DNA from: Felis catus
Taxonomy: Eukaryota
NCBI RefSeq assembly: GCF_018350175.1
Contig: NC_058368.1
Span: 154,258,001-154,322,000 of the forward strand
DNA length: 64,000 nt
Reading direction: 5' to 3'
Below the pieces are notes generated by a model. The model did not search any database, had not been told where the DNA came from, and saw only the letters and a program-made list of their open reading frames with translations. Shown piece after piece: positions 26,049-37,035 of this stretch. How positions within the stretch are numbered: position 1 is the first letter of the stretch; each line of letters opens with the position of its first letter. The position numbers were made by a program, and so were the translations under genes.

Positions 26049-26313
26049 ATTTTTTTGATGTTTATTTTTGAGAGGGGGGAGGGGCAGAGAGAGAGGGAGA
26101 CATAGAATCTGAAGCAGCCTCCAGGCTCTGAGCGGTCAGCACTGAACCTGATGTGGGGCTTGAACTCGCCAACTACGAGATCATGAAAGTTCATTAAAGA
26201 TCATTAAATGATCATTAAATTATTTTTAATAATTTTAATTTTAATAATGATCATTTAATGATCATTAAAGATCATTAAAGTTGGACGCTTAATTGACCGA
26301 GCCACCCAGGTGC
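26049..26313 (-). mobile_element. CAN-SINE carrying a roughly 90-bp palindromic insertion
   Basis: SINE body interrupted between gagatcatga and aagttggacgc. Confidence 0.93.
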
Positions 26314-26647
26314 TTGACACTGGTGTTTGGTAGACTTCACCTGTGAAGCAATCTTGTCTTGGACATTGTTGGGAGATTTTTGATTACTGATTCAATTTCC
26401 TTACTAGTGATTGGTCTGTCTGAATTTTCTATTTCTTCATAATTCAGTCTTAGTAGGCTGCTTGTTTCTAGAAATTTATCCATTTATTTTAGGTTACTCA
26501 CTTTGTTGGTGTATAACTGTTCATAGTAGTTTCTTGAGACCCCTTGTATTACTGTGTTATTGGTTATAACATATCCTCTTTCATTTGTGATTTTACTTAT
26601 TTGAGGCCTCTCTCTTTGTCTTTCTCTCTTTAGGGAAGTGCCTAGAT

Positions 26648-26870
26648 TTTTTTTTTCCCCTCCAAGTTTTAAGTTCTAGTCAGTCAACACACAGGGTAAT
26701 ATTAGTTTCAGGTGTAGAATTTCGTGATTTATCACTTACATAGAACATCCAGTGCTTATCACAAATGCCCTTCTTAATACCCATCACCTATTTAACCCAT
26801 CGCCCCACCTCCCCACCCACCTCTCCTCTAGTAATTATCACTTTGTTGTCTTTAGTTAAAAGTCTTGCAG
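26648..26870 (-). mobile_element. Short carnivore L1 3'-end fragment
   Basis: atattagtttcaggtgtagaattt..cacttacata..ccagtgct..acaaatgcccttcttaatacccatcacc. Confidence 0.8.
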
Positions 26871-27401
26871 CCTCTCTTTTTTTCTTAGTTACGCTAACGA
26901 AAGGTTTGCTAATACTGTGAATGTTAAAACAAACAAACCAAAAAAAAAAAAAACAAACCTAACAATAAAACCCTAAAAAACCTCTTAGTTTTGTTAACTT
27001 TTCTTTTATCTTCATAGTCTCTATTCCATTTATATCTGCATTGATCTTATTTCCTCTACTAACTTAGGGCTTAGTGTCTTTTCTATTTCCTTGAGGTATT
27101 CAGTTAGGTTGTTTGGGATTTTCTTATTCCTTCAACTAAGAGTTCATTACTATGAAATTTTTTCTTAAAACTGCTTTTGCTGCATCTTGTAAGTTTTGGT
27201 ATGTTGTAATGCCATTTTAATTTGTCTTAAGTTATATTTTTATTTCTTTTGATTTTTTATTTGAACCATCGGCTGTTCAGGAGCATGTTTTTATCTTCAC
27301 ATATTTGCAAATTTTGCAACTTTCCTCCTGTTATTGAATTAAAGTTTCACACTGTTGTGGTTGGAAAAGATGCCTGATACTGTTTCATTCAATTTAAATT
27401 T

Positions 27402-27624
27402 TTTTTTTTTAATTTTTTTTTCAATGTTTATTTATTTTTGGGACAGAGAGAGACAGAGCATGAACGGGGGAGGGGCAGAGAGAGAGGGAGACACAGAATC
27501 GGAAATAGGCTCCAGGCTCTGAGCCATCAGCCCAGAGCCCGACGCGGGGCTCGAACTCACGGACCGCGAGATCGTGACCTGGCTGAAGTCGGACGCTTAA
27601 CCGACTGCGCCACCCAGGCGCCCC
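27402..27624 (-). mobile_element. Young CpG-rich SINEC_Fc
   Basis: Perfect 17-bp TSD tcattcaatttaaattt at 27385-27401 and 27625-27641. Confidence 0.97.
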
Positions 27625-28021
27625 TCATTCAATTTAAATTTATGAAGACTTGTTTGCCTAACATATTATTTATTTTGGTGAATATTTTGTGTGAACTTGA
27701 AAAGGATAAGAACTGTGCTACTGTTGGTTGAAATGTTCTATGTCTGTCTGTTAGCTCTATTTGGTCTAAAGAGTAGTCCAAGTCCTTTGTTTTCCTATGG
27801 GTTGTTTGTCTGGATGATCTGTTCGTTGCTGAAAGTGGAATTTTGAAGTCCTCTGCTATTGCTATATCGCTTCCTATTTCTCCCTTCCAGTCTATTGGCA
27901 TTTCTTTTACACCTTCAAGTGCTCCGAATATGAATGTATATGAATATACATTCAGGTGTTCATTATATCATGACCTTCTTTTTCTCTTACTATAGTTTTT
28001 GGCTTAAAATCTATTTTGTCT

Positions 28022-28229
28022 GGGGGAGTCTGGGTGGCTCAGTCTGTTGAGCCTCCAACTCTTGACTTCCACTCAGGTCATGGTCTCACAGTTCATGAGT
28101 TCAAGTCCCACATCAGGCTCTGCACTGACAGCACAGAGCCTGCTTGGGATTCTCTCTCTCTTTCTCTGTGCGCTTCTCCCACTCTTGCTCTCTCTCTCAA
28201 AAGAAAAATAAGCTTTAAAATAAAATAAA
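28022..28229 (+). mobile_element. CAN-SINE
   Basis: TSD taaaatc(t/c)attttgtct at 28005-28021 and 28230-28246. Confidence 0.96.
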
Positions 28230-28661
28230 TAAAATCCATTTTGTCTAATACAAATGTGCCTACACCTTTTCTCTTTTGGTTTACATTTGTGTGAAATACC
28301 TTCCATCTCTTCACCTGCAGCCCATATTCTTGTTAATGCTGAAGTGAGTATTTTGTACGTCACATATAGTTAGGGATTTGTTTCTTTCTTTTTCTTTTTT
28401 CCAATTCGTTCATCCACTAAGTGTCTTTTGACTGGGGAATTTAATCAATTTAAATTTAAAGTGATTATTGATAAGTAAGGGCTTATTGCCATTATTGCCA
28501 TTTCGTTAATTGTTTTCTGGGTGTTTTGTAGATCCTTTGTTTCTTTCTTTCTTTCTGCTTTCCTTTTTGTGTATTTTTATTTATTTTTTTGATTTGGTGA
28601 TTTAGTGCTTTGATTCCTTTATCTTTTATGTATCTATCCCAGGTTTTTGCTTTGTAGTTTC

Positions 28662-28719
28662 CATGAGGCTTATGTAAAATATAGTTAAAACATGAGGCTT
28701 ACGTAAAATATAGTTAAAA
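28662..28719. repeat. 29-bp tandem duplication
   Basis: catgaggctta(t/c)gtaaaatatagttaaaa twice, one mismatch. Confidence 0.95.
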
Positions 28720-28977
28720 CAGTTTTAAGCCATTAAAAACCCAACTTCATTTAATTACAAAAGCTGTATATTTTTATTTGCTGTAATTTGTGATTCTTGC
28801 TATTCATTCATTTATTCATTCATTCATCATTCATTATATGTTTGGATATTTAGACCTATCAGTAGTAGACATCTAGAAGAACAGTTCACTGATAACTATT
28901 TTTTTTACTTGTTTTCCTGTTTCATTTTCTTTCCTTTTTTTTTATTTTCCCATAATTTCTTTCTAAAGATGTTTTCT

Positions 28978-29818
28978 TTTTTTTTTTTCAGAAAAAAGTT
29001 CAGTTTATTTTTTTATTTTTAATTAACCTTTTAGGATTTAAATCCAAATTAGTTAACATATAGCATAATAATAATTTCAGCAGAGAATTTAATGATTCAT
29101 CACTTACATATAACACCCAGTGTTCATCCCAACACGTGCCCACCTTAATGCCCATTGCCCTTTAGCCCTTTCCCCCACCCAACACCCTGCCAGCAACCCT
29201 CAGTTTGTTCTCTGTATTTAAGAATTTCTGATGGTTTGTCTCCCTCTCTGGCTAGGACTTCCAACGCTATGTTGAATAACAGTGTTGAGAGTGGACATCC
29301 TTGTCTTGTTCCTGACCTTGGGGGGAAAGCTCTCAGTTTTTCCCCATTGAGGATGATAGTAGCATTGGGTCTTTCATATATGGCCTTTATGATCTTGAGG
29401 TATGATCCTTCTATTCCTACTTTCTTGAGGGTTTTGTCAAAAAAGGATGCTGTATTGTGTCAAGCGATTTTTTTTGCATCTATTGAGAGGATCATGTGGT
29501 TCTTATCCTTTCTTTTATTAATGTGATGTATAACATTGATTGATTTGCAGATATTGAACCACACCTGCATCCCAGGAATAAATCCCACTTGATCATGGTG
29601 AATAATTCTTTTAATATACTGTTGGATCCTGTTTGCTAGTATCTTGTTGAGAATGTTTGCATCCATGTCCATCAGGGAAATTGGTCTGTAGTTCTTTTTA
29701 GTGGGGTCTTTGTCTGGTTTTGGAAGCAAGGTAATGCTGGCCTCGTAGAATGAGTTTGGAAGTTTTCCTTCTATTTCTATTTTTTTTGGAACAGCTTCAA
29801 AGGAATAGGTGTTGACTC
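28978..29818 (-). mobile_element. Carnivore/feline LINE-1, internally deleted (RT-region piece joined to 3'UTR)
   Basis: ORF 29460..29729 ([52 protein letters not shown]); TSD tctaaa(g/t)atgttttct at 28962-28977 and 29819-29834. Confidence 0.92.
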
Positions 29819-30129
29819 TCTAAATATGTTTTCTGATACACACTTTTTTTTGTGTGTATATTCTATCTTCTTACACAGAGGATAACCGATCCCCAGATTT
29901 GATGTGTATACATCCCAAGACACATTAAATACCATTTTCAAATATGTGAAGGTCCATTATAATAAAGATCTTAACTTCATGCTAGTTTGAAGTAAATACT
30001 CATGCATAGTGAAATTCATCTGTCTTGCATGTGACATATAAAATTATTTTTAAAAGTTCTTTCCTTGCATGTATAATTAAAAGTAATACAAAATTCCTAA
30101 AATGTAGTCAGAAATAGAGAGCCTTTATA

Positions 30130-30350
30130 AAAATTCCATTTTAGTGATGAAGAAATTGACGCTCCAGTTTACATGATGTTACTAATAGCAATAAGTAGTA
30201 TATACACTCTTCTTAACAAGCACCATTATCATAATATTATCTCCATTTTACAGATGTGAAAACTGAACACTTGATTTATTAGGAGTCTTATATCTGGCCA
30301 ATTGGAGAATTGAACCCATGAAATTTATCTCTCAATTCTGTTCTCTAAAT
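30130..30350 (-). mobile_element. MIR remnants
   Basis: Core motif attatctccattttacagatgtgaaaactga, plus ccatttt..gatgaagaaattga. Confidence 0.65.
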
Positions 30351-32300
30351 GCTATGCAGTGTTACATATCTTTAAATTTGTATTCAATGCTCTTTTTCTG
30401 ATACCCAATTGTATCTTATATATAACCTACTACTCAGGTAAATAGAAAACTGAAACTAAAACAACTTTATAAATGAGGTGCTGGTTACATTTTCCACCTT
30501 CTACCTGGGAAACATAGTCATTATTAATAAAATTCAGTTTAGTTGTAGCTGGCCCAGGAATACATAAATGACAGTTCCTGAAAAGGATCTTTAACTAAGG
30601 TCTTTACACATCTGACAATTCAAGAGAAGGACGGACCCAACTTTCCAGAACAAAAGCAATATTTGTTGTACTATTTATCTTAAATATACGTAAGGGAATT
30701 AATATAATTAGACTTTAAAGCTAAATATGAGTATAATTTCTCCTTATCAGGGAAGTAATTGGACTAATTACTCTTCTTCCAAGTATTATAGCTCTTCAAA
30801 TACACATTGTATGTACTAGAAAGGGTCACCTTTATCCAGGGCCTCATAGCATATACTTAAACAATGTTTATGCAAGCTCAAGTCATCAAGGTGAAAATGA
30901 CAAGTAAACCTACCAGGTGACTTTGACTGAAATTCTCCCACCTAAAACTTTTATTTAATAAATAATTTTTTTTTAATTGTGTGTTAACACAAGATTGGTT
31001 TGGCTGGTCCCTGGTTCTCAGTTACACTGCATTCTCTCATGCTGTGTCAATGGGGATAATAATAATTCATTACTTTTGATAAGTAGAGTAAATTTCTTAT
31101 TTGAGTCCTGGCTGACAATGTCTATTCTGGACATTTTATCATGAAAGCTGTCTCTTCATTTCTTTATACCAAGAAGTAAGTCAGGGATTCCTGTTCAGTG
31201 ATTTAACAGTGTATGAGCTTGACTCAGTTGTCAATTGTTATTACACCCATTCTATATAAAATGATCAAGGAGAGAAAGTACGTCCATTACAGAAAGCAAA
31301 ATAACAAAGAAAAATAATATTTTTATCTTTGTGGTTGAGGAAGTTTTAATATCTATACATTGAAATCCTAATTACATTAGTGTTTGGTTCCTTAAATTAT
31401 AAACGTATTGATACTTGACTTTTGGCAAAGCGATAGTGTAATATTAGGTGTTTTCCTTATTTAGCAGCCTAATATCAAAGAAAGGGGATTATAGATCTTT
31501 GAAACTCTAACATTTTATTATAAATTAGCCCTCTTACTGTTTTCCCTTAGTGGATCCTGTGTATAAAAATATCTTTGCCTATCAACCTGCATCGATTAAT
31601 CTTTTTCCTATTTTAAAAAGTAAATATAACCACCAATAAAATCTTTTGAATATTATGAAAAACAATGCCATGATAGTGAAAATACTGTCACAATAATTTC
31701 AGTTAAAATCAGGGAAATTAACATTTTAATCTGCTGTGTAGCCTTATCTCTCATTTTCATTAAATATTTTAAACCCCAAACAGAAACTTGGGGACCTTAG
31801 TTACCAGTATCACCATTCAAAGACTTCTGGAATACCATATTAGGCCACTTTTATAAAGAAAGTTTTATTCATTTTTTTTTTCTCATGATACCCTCCCTTG
31901 AAAAATATAAACAATTTCCATTTTTTTTGTAAGTCAAAGAAGTTCTATAAGTACTTGCTCATTTTCAGATAACATGAAATATCTAATTTTTGAATCCTTT
32001 CCTTTGGTGTTTTTAATGTCTCTGAATTCAAATGAACAAGATTTAACTACATGGCTCTAAATAGATAACAAAGCATATGAGCAAAATGAAAGTGTGAGAG
32101 ATTTTACATCCTTAGGCCAGTGGCTTATCTACTGGAGCATGTTGGGTGCCTGGTGTGGCACAAAAACAGTTGATTTCACTCTTGCTTCAGAAAGAAATAC
32201 CTCCGTATAAATGGTCCATGTAGCAATTTGATCATTTACAATTGAGGGGCCACTTTAAACCAGAGTTATACACCCAAGAGAGTCATGGTTTCCACCAAAA

Positions 32301-32360
<60 letters not shown>
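32301..32360. repeat. (AAGA)15 perfect tetranucleotide STR
   Basis: Direct reading. Confidence 0.98.
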
Positions 32361-32361
<1 letters not shown>

Positions 32362-32739
32362 CACAATACACTTATGCAGTAGTTTGAGGCACCAGAGGGA
32401 ACAACTTCTTTACAGAGAAAAGCCTTAAAATGGAGTAGCATGTTCCACAAAGAACAAAATGTCTCCTTAGAATGAACATGTAAGTTGCTTTTATTAAAAC
32501 TACAGACAGTTTTCTCCAAAAATATTGTGGTTAACTGACCTATTTCTGCTTCTCTTTGTCCTAAATCTTGTCTACCTTGACATGCAGTGACATTATGAGA
32601 AGTCTTTCAGTAATTTTAAAAATAGAAAACTTTATTCATTGAGCTAAGTTATATTCTATTTTTAAAAGATAAGACATAGTTCTGTAAAGGATACTATAGG
32701 ATGGGCCAGAAACACAAGAGCATTTCCATGTCGAATGTT

Positions 32740-32821
32740 AGAGAGAGAGAGAGAGGGAAGAGGAAGAGGAAGAGAGAGAGAGAGAGAGAGAGAAGACAGA
32801 GAGAGACAGAGAGAGAGAGAG
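32740..32821. repeat. Interrupted (GA)n polypurine tract
   Basis: Direct reading. Confidence 0.92.
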
Positions 32822-33306
32822 GGATTTGAGTCAGACCAAAGGAGGTAGCAGAGACACTTGAGAAACATCAGTTCCAGTATGTTGATATGAGTTATTAGCT
32901 ACAGAAATCTACTGTCAAAGGTGAAGAATGATTGTGAATATTCCTGGGAGGTTGAGTGTGATCATGTGTCAGTATCAAGTTTTTCTGTATGGAAGTGGCC
33001 AGAAAGTAGACAAATAATCAAAATATATAACATAAAATTAAATATAAATTAACATCTGGCCATGTCAGGAGATTCCAGTTCTGATTGTATACAGGTACGT
33101 TTTCATTTGTGGAATAATTTGTAGAGCCAAATTGCCTGAAAAGTAAATTTCAGAGTGGTGTTCTGAGGTGGTGGAGAAAATATGTTTTTCAATCAGATGG
33201 ATTTGCCAATTAATCTCAGTAACTGCACTCCTGATGGATGACTGAATTTGTATACGCTACGAACTAATCCAAACCACAGGTTCCTTATCTCTAAAAGTGG
33301 GCAGGT

Positions 33307-33517
33307 TGGGGCACCTGGGTGGCTTGGTCGGTTAAGCGTCCGACTTCGGCTCGGGTCATGATCTCACGATCTGTGAGTTCGAGCCCCGCATCGGGCTCTG
33401 TGCTGACAGCTCAGAGCCTGGAGCCTGTTTCAGATTCTGTGTCTCCCTCTCTCTCTGCCCCTCCCCTGTTCATGCTCTGTCTCTCTCTGTCTCAAAAATA
33501 AATAAACGTTAAAAAAA
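33307..33517 (+). mobile_element. CAN-SINE (SINEC_Fc-like)
   Basis: TSD aaaagtgggcaggt at 33293-33306 and 33518-33531. Confidence 0.97.
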
Positions 33518-34139
33518 AAAAGTGGGCAGGTAAATTCACTTTTTTCCAAAAGACAAGATGAGATTGGCGCACGACATTCTAGGTTTATCCTATCGCAAGA
33601 CTTGAACCTCTTTACCGACTGGGGTTTTTCAAATTTCCCTCTGTCATCACAGTGAGTTCTCAATATCCAATCATTCCCATCTCAAAATTATCCTTCTTCT
33701 TTGGTATGCCTGTGAAGAATGTTGCAGTGAGAAATAATCTGAGGATGTATTCAGATTTAGTAGAAAAGAGTATCGTGAGTGACTAGTGTTTTATATATGC
33801 TAAGGTTGATACTTTTCCTTTTCTGGATTTGAGATGTGTTTAACACATCATGGTCTAATTAGCAGTATTTTTTCTTTGTTGATCAAACACAAAATGATGA
33901 TGTGTCTGATCATTGAAGGCATCTTTGAATAGGTGAAACATGGTGGTAATGTCTGCTGTAGACACAGAAGATGCACCATAGACAAGCCATCTGTTTTGAT
34001 GCAGTATTTAAAATAAAACTTCCCCAGGTTTTTAAAATATGTACAGGAGCCATTGGTTTACTGTGTATTGTTTTGTTTTTCTTATTTGTGTGCAATGTGT
34101 GCATTTATAGATTATTTTATAACTCAAAATGATTAAAAC

Positions 34140-34349
34140 TTTTTCTAAATGTTTATTTATTTTTGAGAGAGACAGAGACTGAATGAGAGCGGGTTGGGGC
34201 AGAGAGAGAGGGAGACACAGGATCTGAAGCAGGTTACAAGCTCTCAGCTGTCAGCACAGAGCCCTACGCAGGGCTTGAACGCACAAGCTGTGAGATCATG
34301 ACCCGAGCTGAAATCAGATGCTCAACCGACTGAGCCACCCAGGCGCCCC
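34140..34349 (-). mobile_element. CAN-SINE
   Basis: Full body; diverged 21-bp TSD ataactcaaaatgattaaaac / ataacttaaaaggatttaaac. Confidence 0.95.
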
Positions 34350-34536
34350 AATAACTTAAAAGGATTTAAACATACATTCCAGAAAAAGTGACCAAGTGTG
34401 AAGTATAATCTCATTACATTAAAATAAGTTAAAGTAAGTAATTTATTTTAATGTATTATTAAAATCATGGCCAACATCCTGTGGTCTATATCTATAGGTA
34501 TATAGATTTATTGGTATATATTATCATAATTATACA

Positions 34537-34848
34537 CAGTTGACCCTTGAACAACATGCAAGGTTGAGGGCTTCCACCCCCATCTAGTTAAAACTCCACA
34601 TATAACTTTTGACTCCCCAAAACTTAACTACAAATAGCTTACTATAGACTAGAAACCCTACTGATAATATAAACTGTATAATAACACATATTTCATATGT
34701 TATATGTATTATATACTGTAATCTTACAATAAAGAAAGCTAGAGAAAAAATCATAAGGAAGAAAAAATACATTTACATGACTGTGCTATAAAAATCCACA
34801 TAGAGGTGGACCCACATACTCAAAACCATGTTATTCAAGGGTCAATTG
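34537..34848. mobile_element. Tigger2-family non-autonomous DNA transposon (MER8/Tigger2a-like MITE)
   Basis: TIRs cagttgacccttgaacaacatg (34537-34558) and catgttattcaagggtcaattg (34827-34848), TA on the right flank; internal aacttttgactccccaaaacttaactac. Confidence 0.9.
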
Positions 34849-35599
34849 TATAATTATTTACAATTCTATGTATACTATATAACTCTGACTATATACACAT
34901 TAATTTTTGAGACAATAATTTAAATTTTAAGCTCTTTAAAAGAAGTTATAACCAAAGACAAGGCAAGGATTGGCAAAGATTCTATTTGGCAAGGATTATT
35001 CTTCCCCAGTGGTGCCAAAAATAATTGTACATGCTACAATGAATAGAATCTTAGATTTAATGTAATGGAATATAAAGGTGGATATAAAGGTAGATAAAAT
35101 ATAGATTTATTGGTTTTGTATACATAGGTGCCTGTTACCTTACTCTTTTTTTTCCTTATCAGATAAACCACCCTTCTGGAAAACATATCATAAGAAAATA
35201 TATTACGAACCCATAATTACCTTTAAGAGAAGATAATTTATGCTCAGTTTCTCTCTAACAGTGCAAAGAGCTCAGTTACTATTTTGAAGGCATCCTTTTA
35301 ATTCCAAAAGTATTACAGAGATCTTGACATTATTTAGTGAGTGAAAGTATCAATTAAAGGAAGGCATATGGTGGTTATAGTATGAGTTAATTTATTGATC
35401 ATTAATAATATTTTCTAGGCAAGAAATTGACCTTAGAGATTAATTTCCTTTGAAGAAACTTAGATTTTTGAAAAAAAATTCAATAAATATACTCTTTTAA
35501 CAATATTTAATAAATTTCAAATTTGACTTAATTGAAAATGAATCCATGAAATATATTTACAATTTTATTAAAATATACATTTAAAAATAAAAGTACAAA

Positions 35600-36030
35600 C
35601 ACATTGATCAAACAGTCGTGTCATCTTATCTGTTATAATTTACTAATTTGAGAATACATTGTATTGTTAAATAATTAGGCATGTGTATAATGACATAGCT
35701 ATGTGAACGTTCTTTTTTCTTAATATTGAAAAAGTTAGAAAGATATTTAAATGTCTTCGATTGTGGTGACTTGAGTAAATACAGTTCATTCGTACAACAG
35801 AGAGTAGAGATTATACTGATGTTAAAAATTAGCTTATTAAAAAATAAACCTTATATATAAAATAGAAATCAGTCAATATCTATTAAATGGTGTTATTTAA
35901 ACTGTTAGAATGCTACCCATGTTTTGGGAAGTACAAATGTTCTTATATTTCTACCATTTTAAAAAATTTGTACAGTTTTGATTTTTCTATAGTGAACATA
36001 TCTAGTGTTATACCAATAAAAGGAAATTAA
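35600..36030 (+). mobile_element. Ancient L1ME-like 3' end remnant
   Basis: Degenerate 3'UTR motifs (ttaaatgtc, tttttctatagtgaacata, aataaaa). Confidence 0.4.
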
Positions 36031-36951
36031 AATATAACATATACCATAGTCAACAAAACTTAACAATAGTCACAGGTAGAAATATGAACAAAAATTTAAA
36101 GACAAACAATTTTGTCCTGTCATGCATATTCTTCCCTAGCTTGTGTAAAGAAAGTGTAAGTGCATCATTTGGCTGATGATTAATTGAGTGCTTAACTTTA
36201 GGCAGGCAAACGGATGTTGGAACTAGCACATGTATAAAAATAGCTCTCTCTACGTGTAGACATTTCTTGCACAAACTGTAGAGCTTCTATGATCAGCATT
36301 TCTCTTTCTCTCTCCCTTCTCTTTCTCTTTCCTCTCTTTCTCCCTAAATAATGACTTGATTGAACTTTGAAGCCTTCTTTTGCTCATATTGAAAGTCATT
36401 CCCAAAAGAAGTTGGTTGAGATTGTATCGTTAGTATTTGAACTGACAGCAGTGACCTGATCTGAGCACAGGGCCTTCTTCCCGACCTTTGATGTGCTGTC
36501 AGAAGATAAGTTAAATCCCCAGCTTCTTGGCATCAGGTTTTAATTTGATATTGTGGAAATGAATTGCATACTCACTACTAGGACAGATAGTGTCTATTAC
36601 CGATCTTGTGAAGTGGTTGGAAGCATTGCTTAAGTTGAACAATCAGAGAAAAAAATTATAATTTGTCAGCTTCATTTGGAGTCTGGTAATTTGCCTCATT
36701 CATAATAAGTGTTTAGGACATTTTTGATTGGATGTCAGGCATTTATTGCCTCTGACACCAGACTCTTGCCTGTGTACTCTGGGAAAGCACTAGTTAACAG
36801 CATATGGAAACTGTTTTTCCTGCTTAAAAAAACATTTAGCAGTACCACAATTTTAGAAACTATGAGAAATCAAAGTGCTGAGATCAAAACAAAGAGCATG
36901 TAAATTTCTTACAATACTCAATCCATACATGTCTCCTACTCTGTGACAATT

Positions 36952-36953
<2 letters not shown>

Positions 36954-36999
<46 letters not shown>

Positions 37000-37035
37000 C
37001 ATAATATACACACACACACATACCTACACACACAT
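36954..37035. repeat. (CA)n microsatellite, perfect then interrupted
   Basis: Direct reading. Confidence 0.96.

Larger units (their letters stand above)
23475..28780 (-). mobile_element. LINE-1 (L1MA9-like), 3'UTR through ORF2 endonuclease, with nested SINEs and an L1 fragment
   Basis: A new 3' end begins at about 23475; ORFs 23887..24072 ([14 protein letters not shown]) and 27629..27901 (DFKIPLS..LDQIELTD.HRTF) are ORF2 remnants. Confidence 0.88.

Noticed and set aside
26186..26280. Repeat-spacer look resembling a CRISPR array or MITE
   Set aside because: Units are about 10 bp and abutting, with no unique spacers, no cas genes and no TSD, in mammalian DNA
35140..35240. Strong acceptor ttttttccttatcag
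   Set aside because: Short frames, no nearby donor and no recognisable peptide
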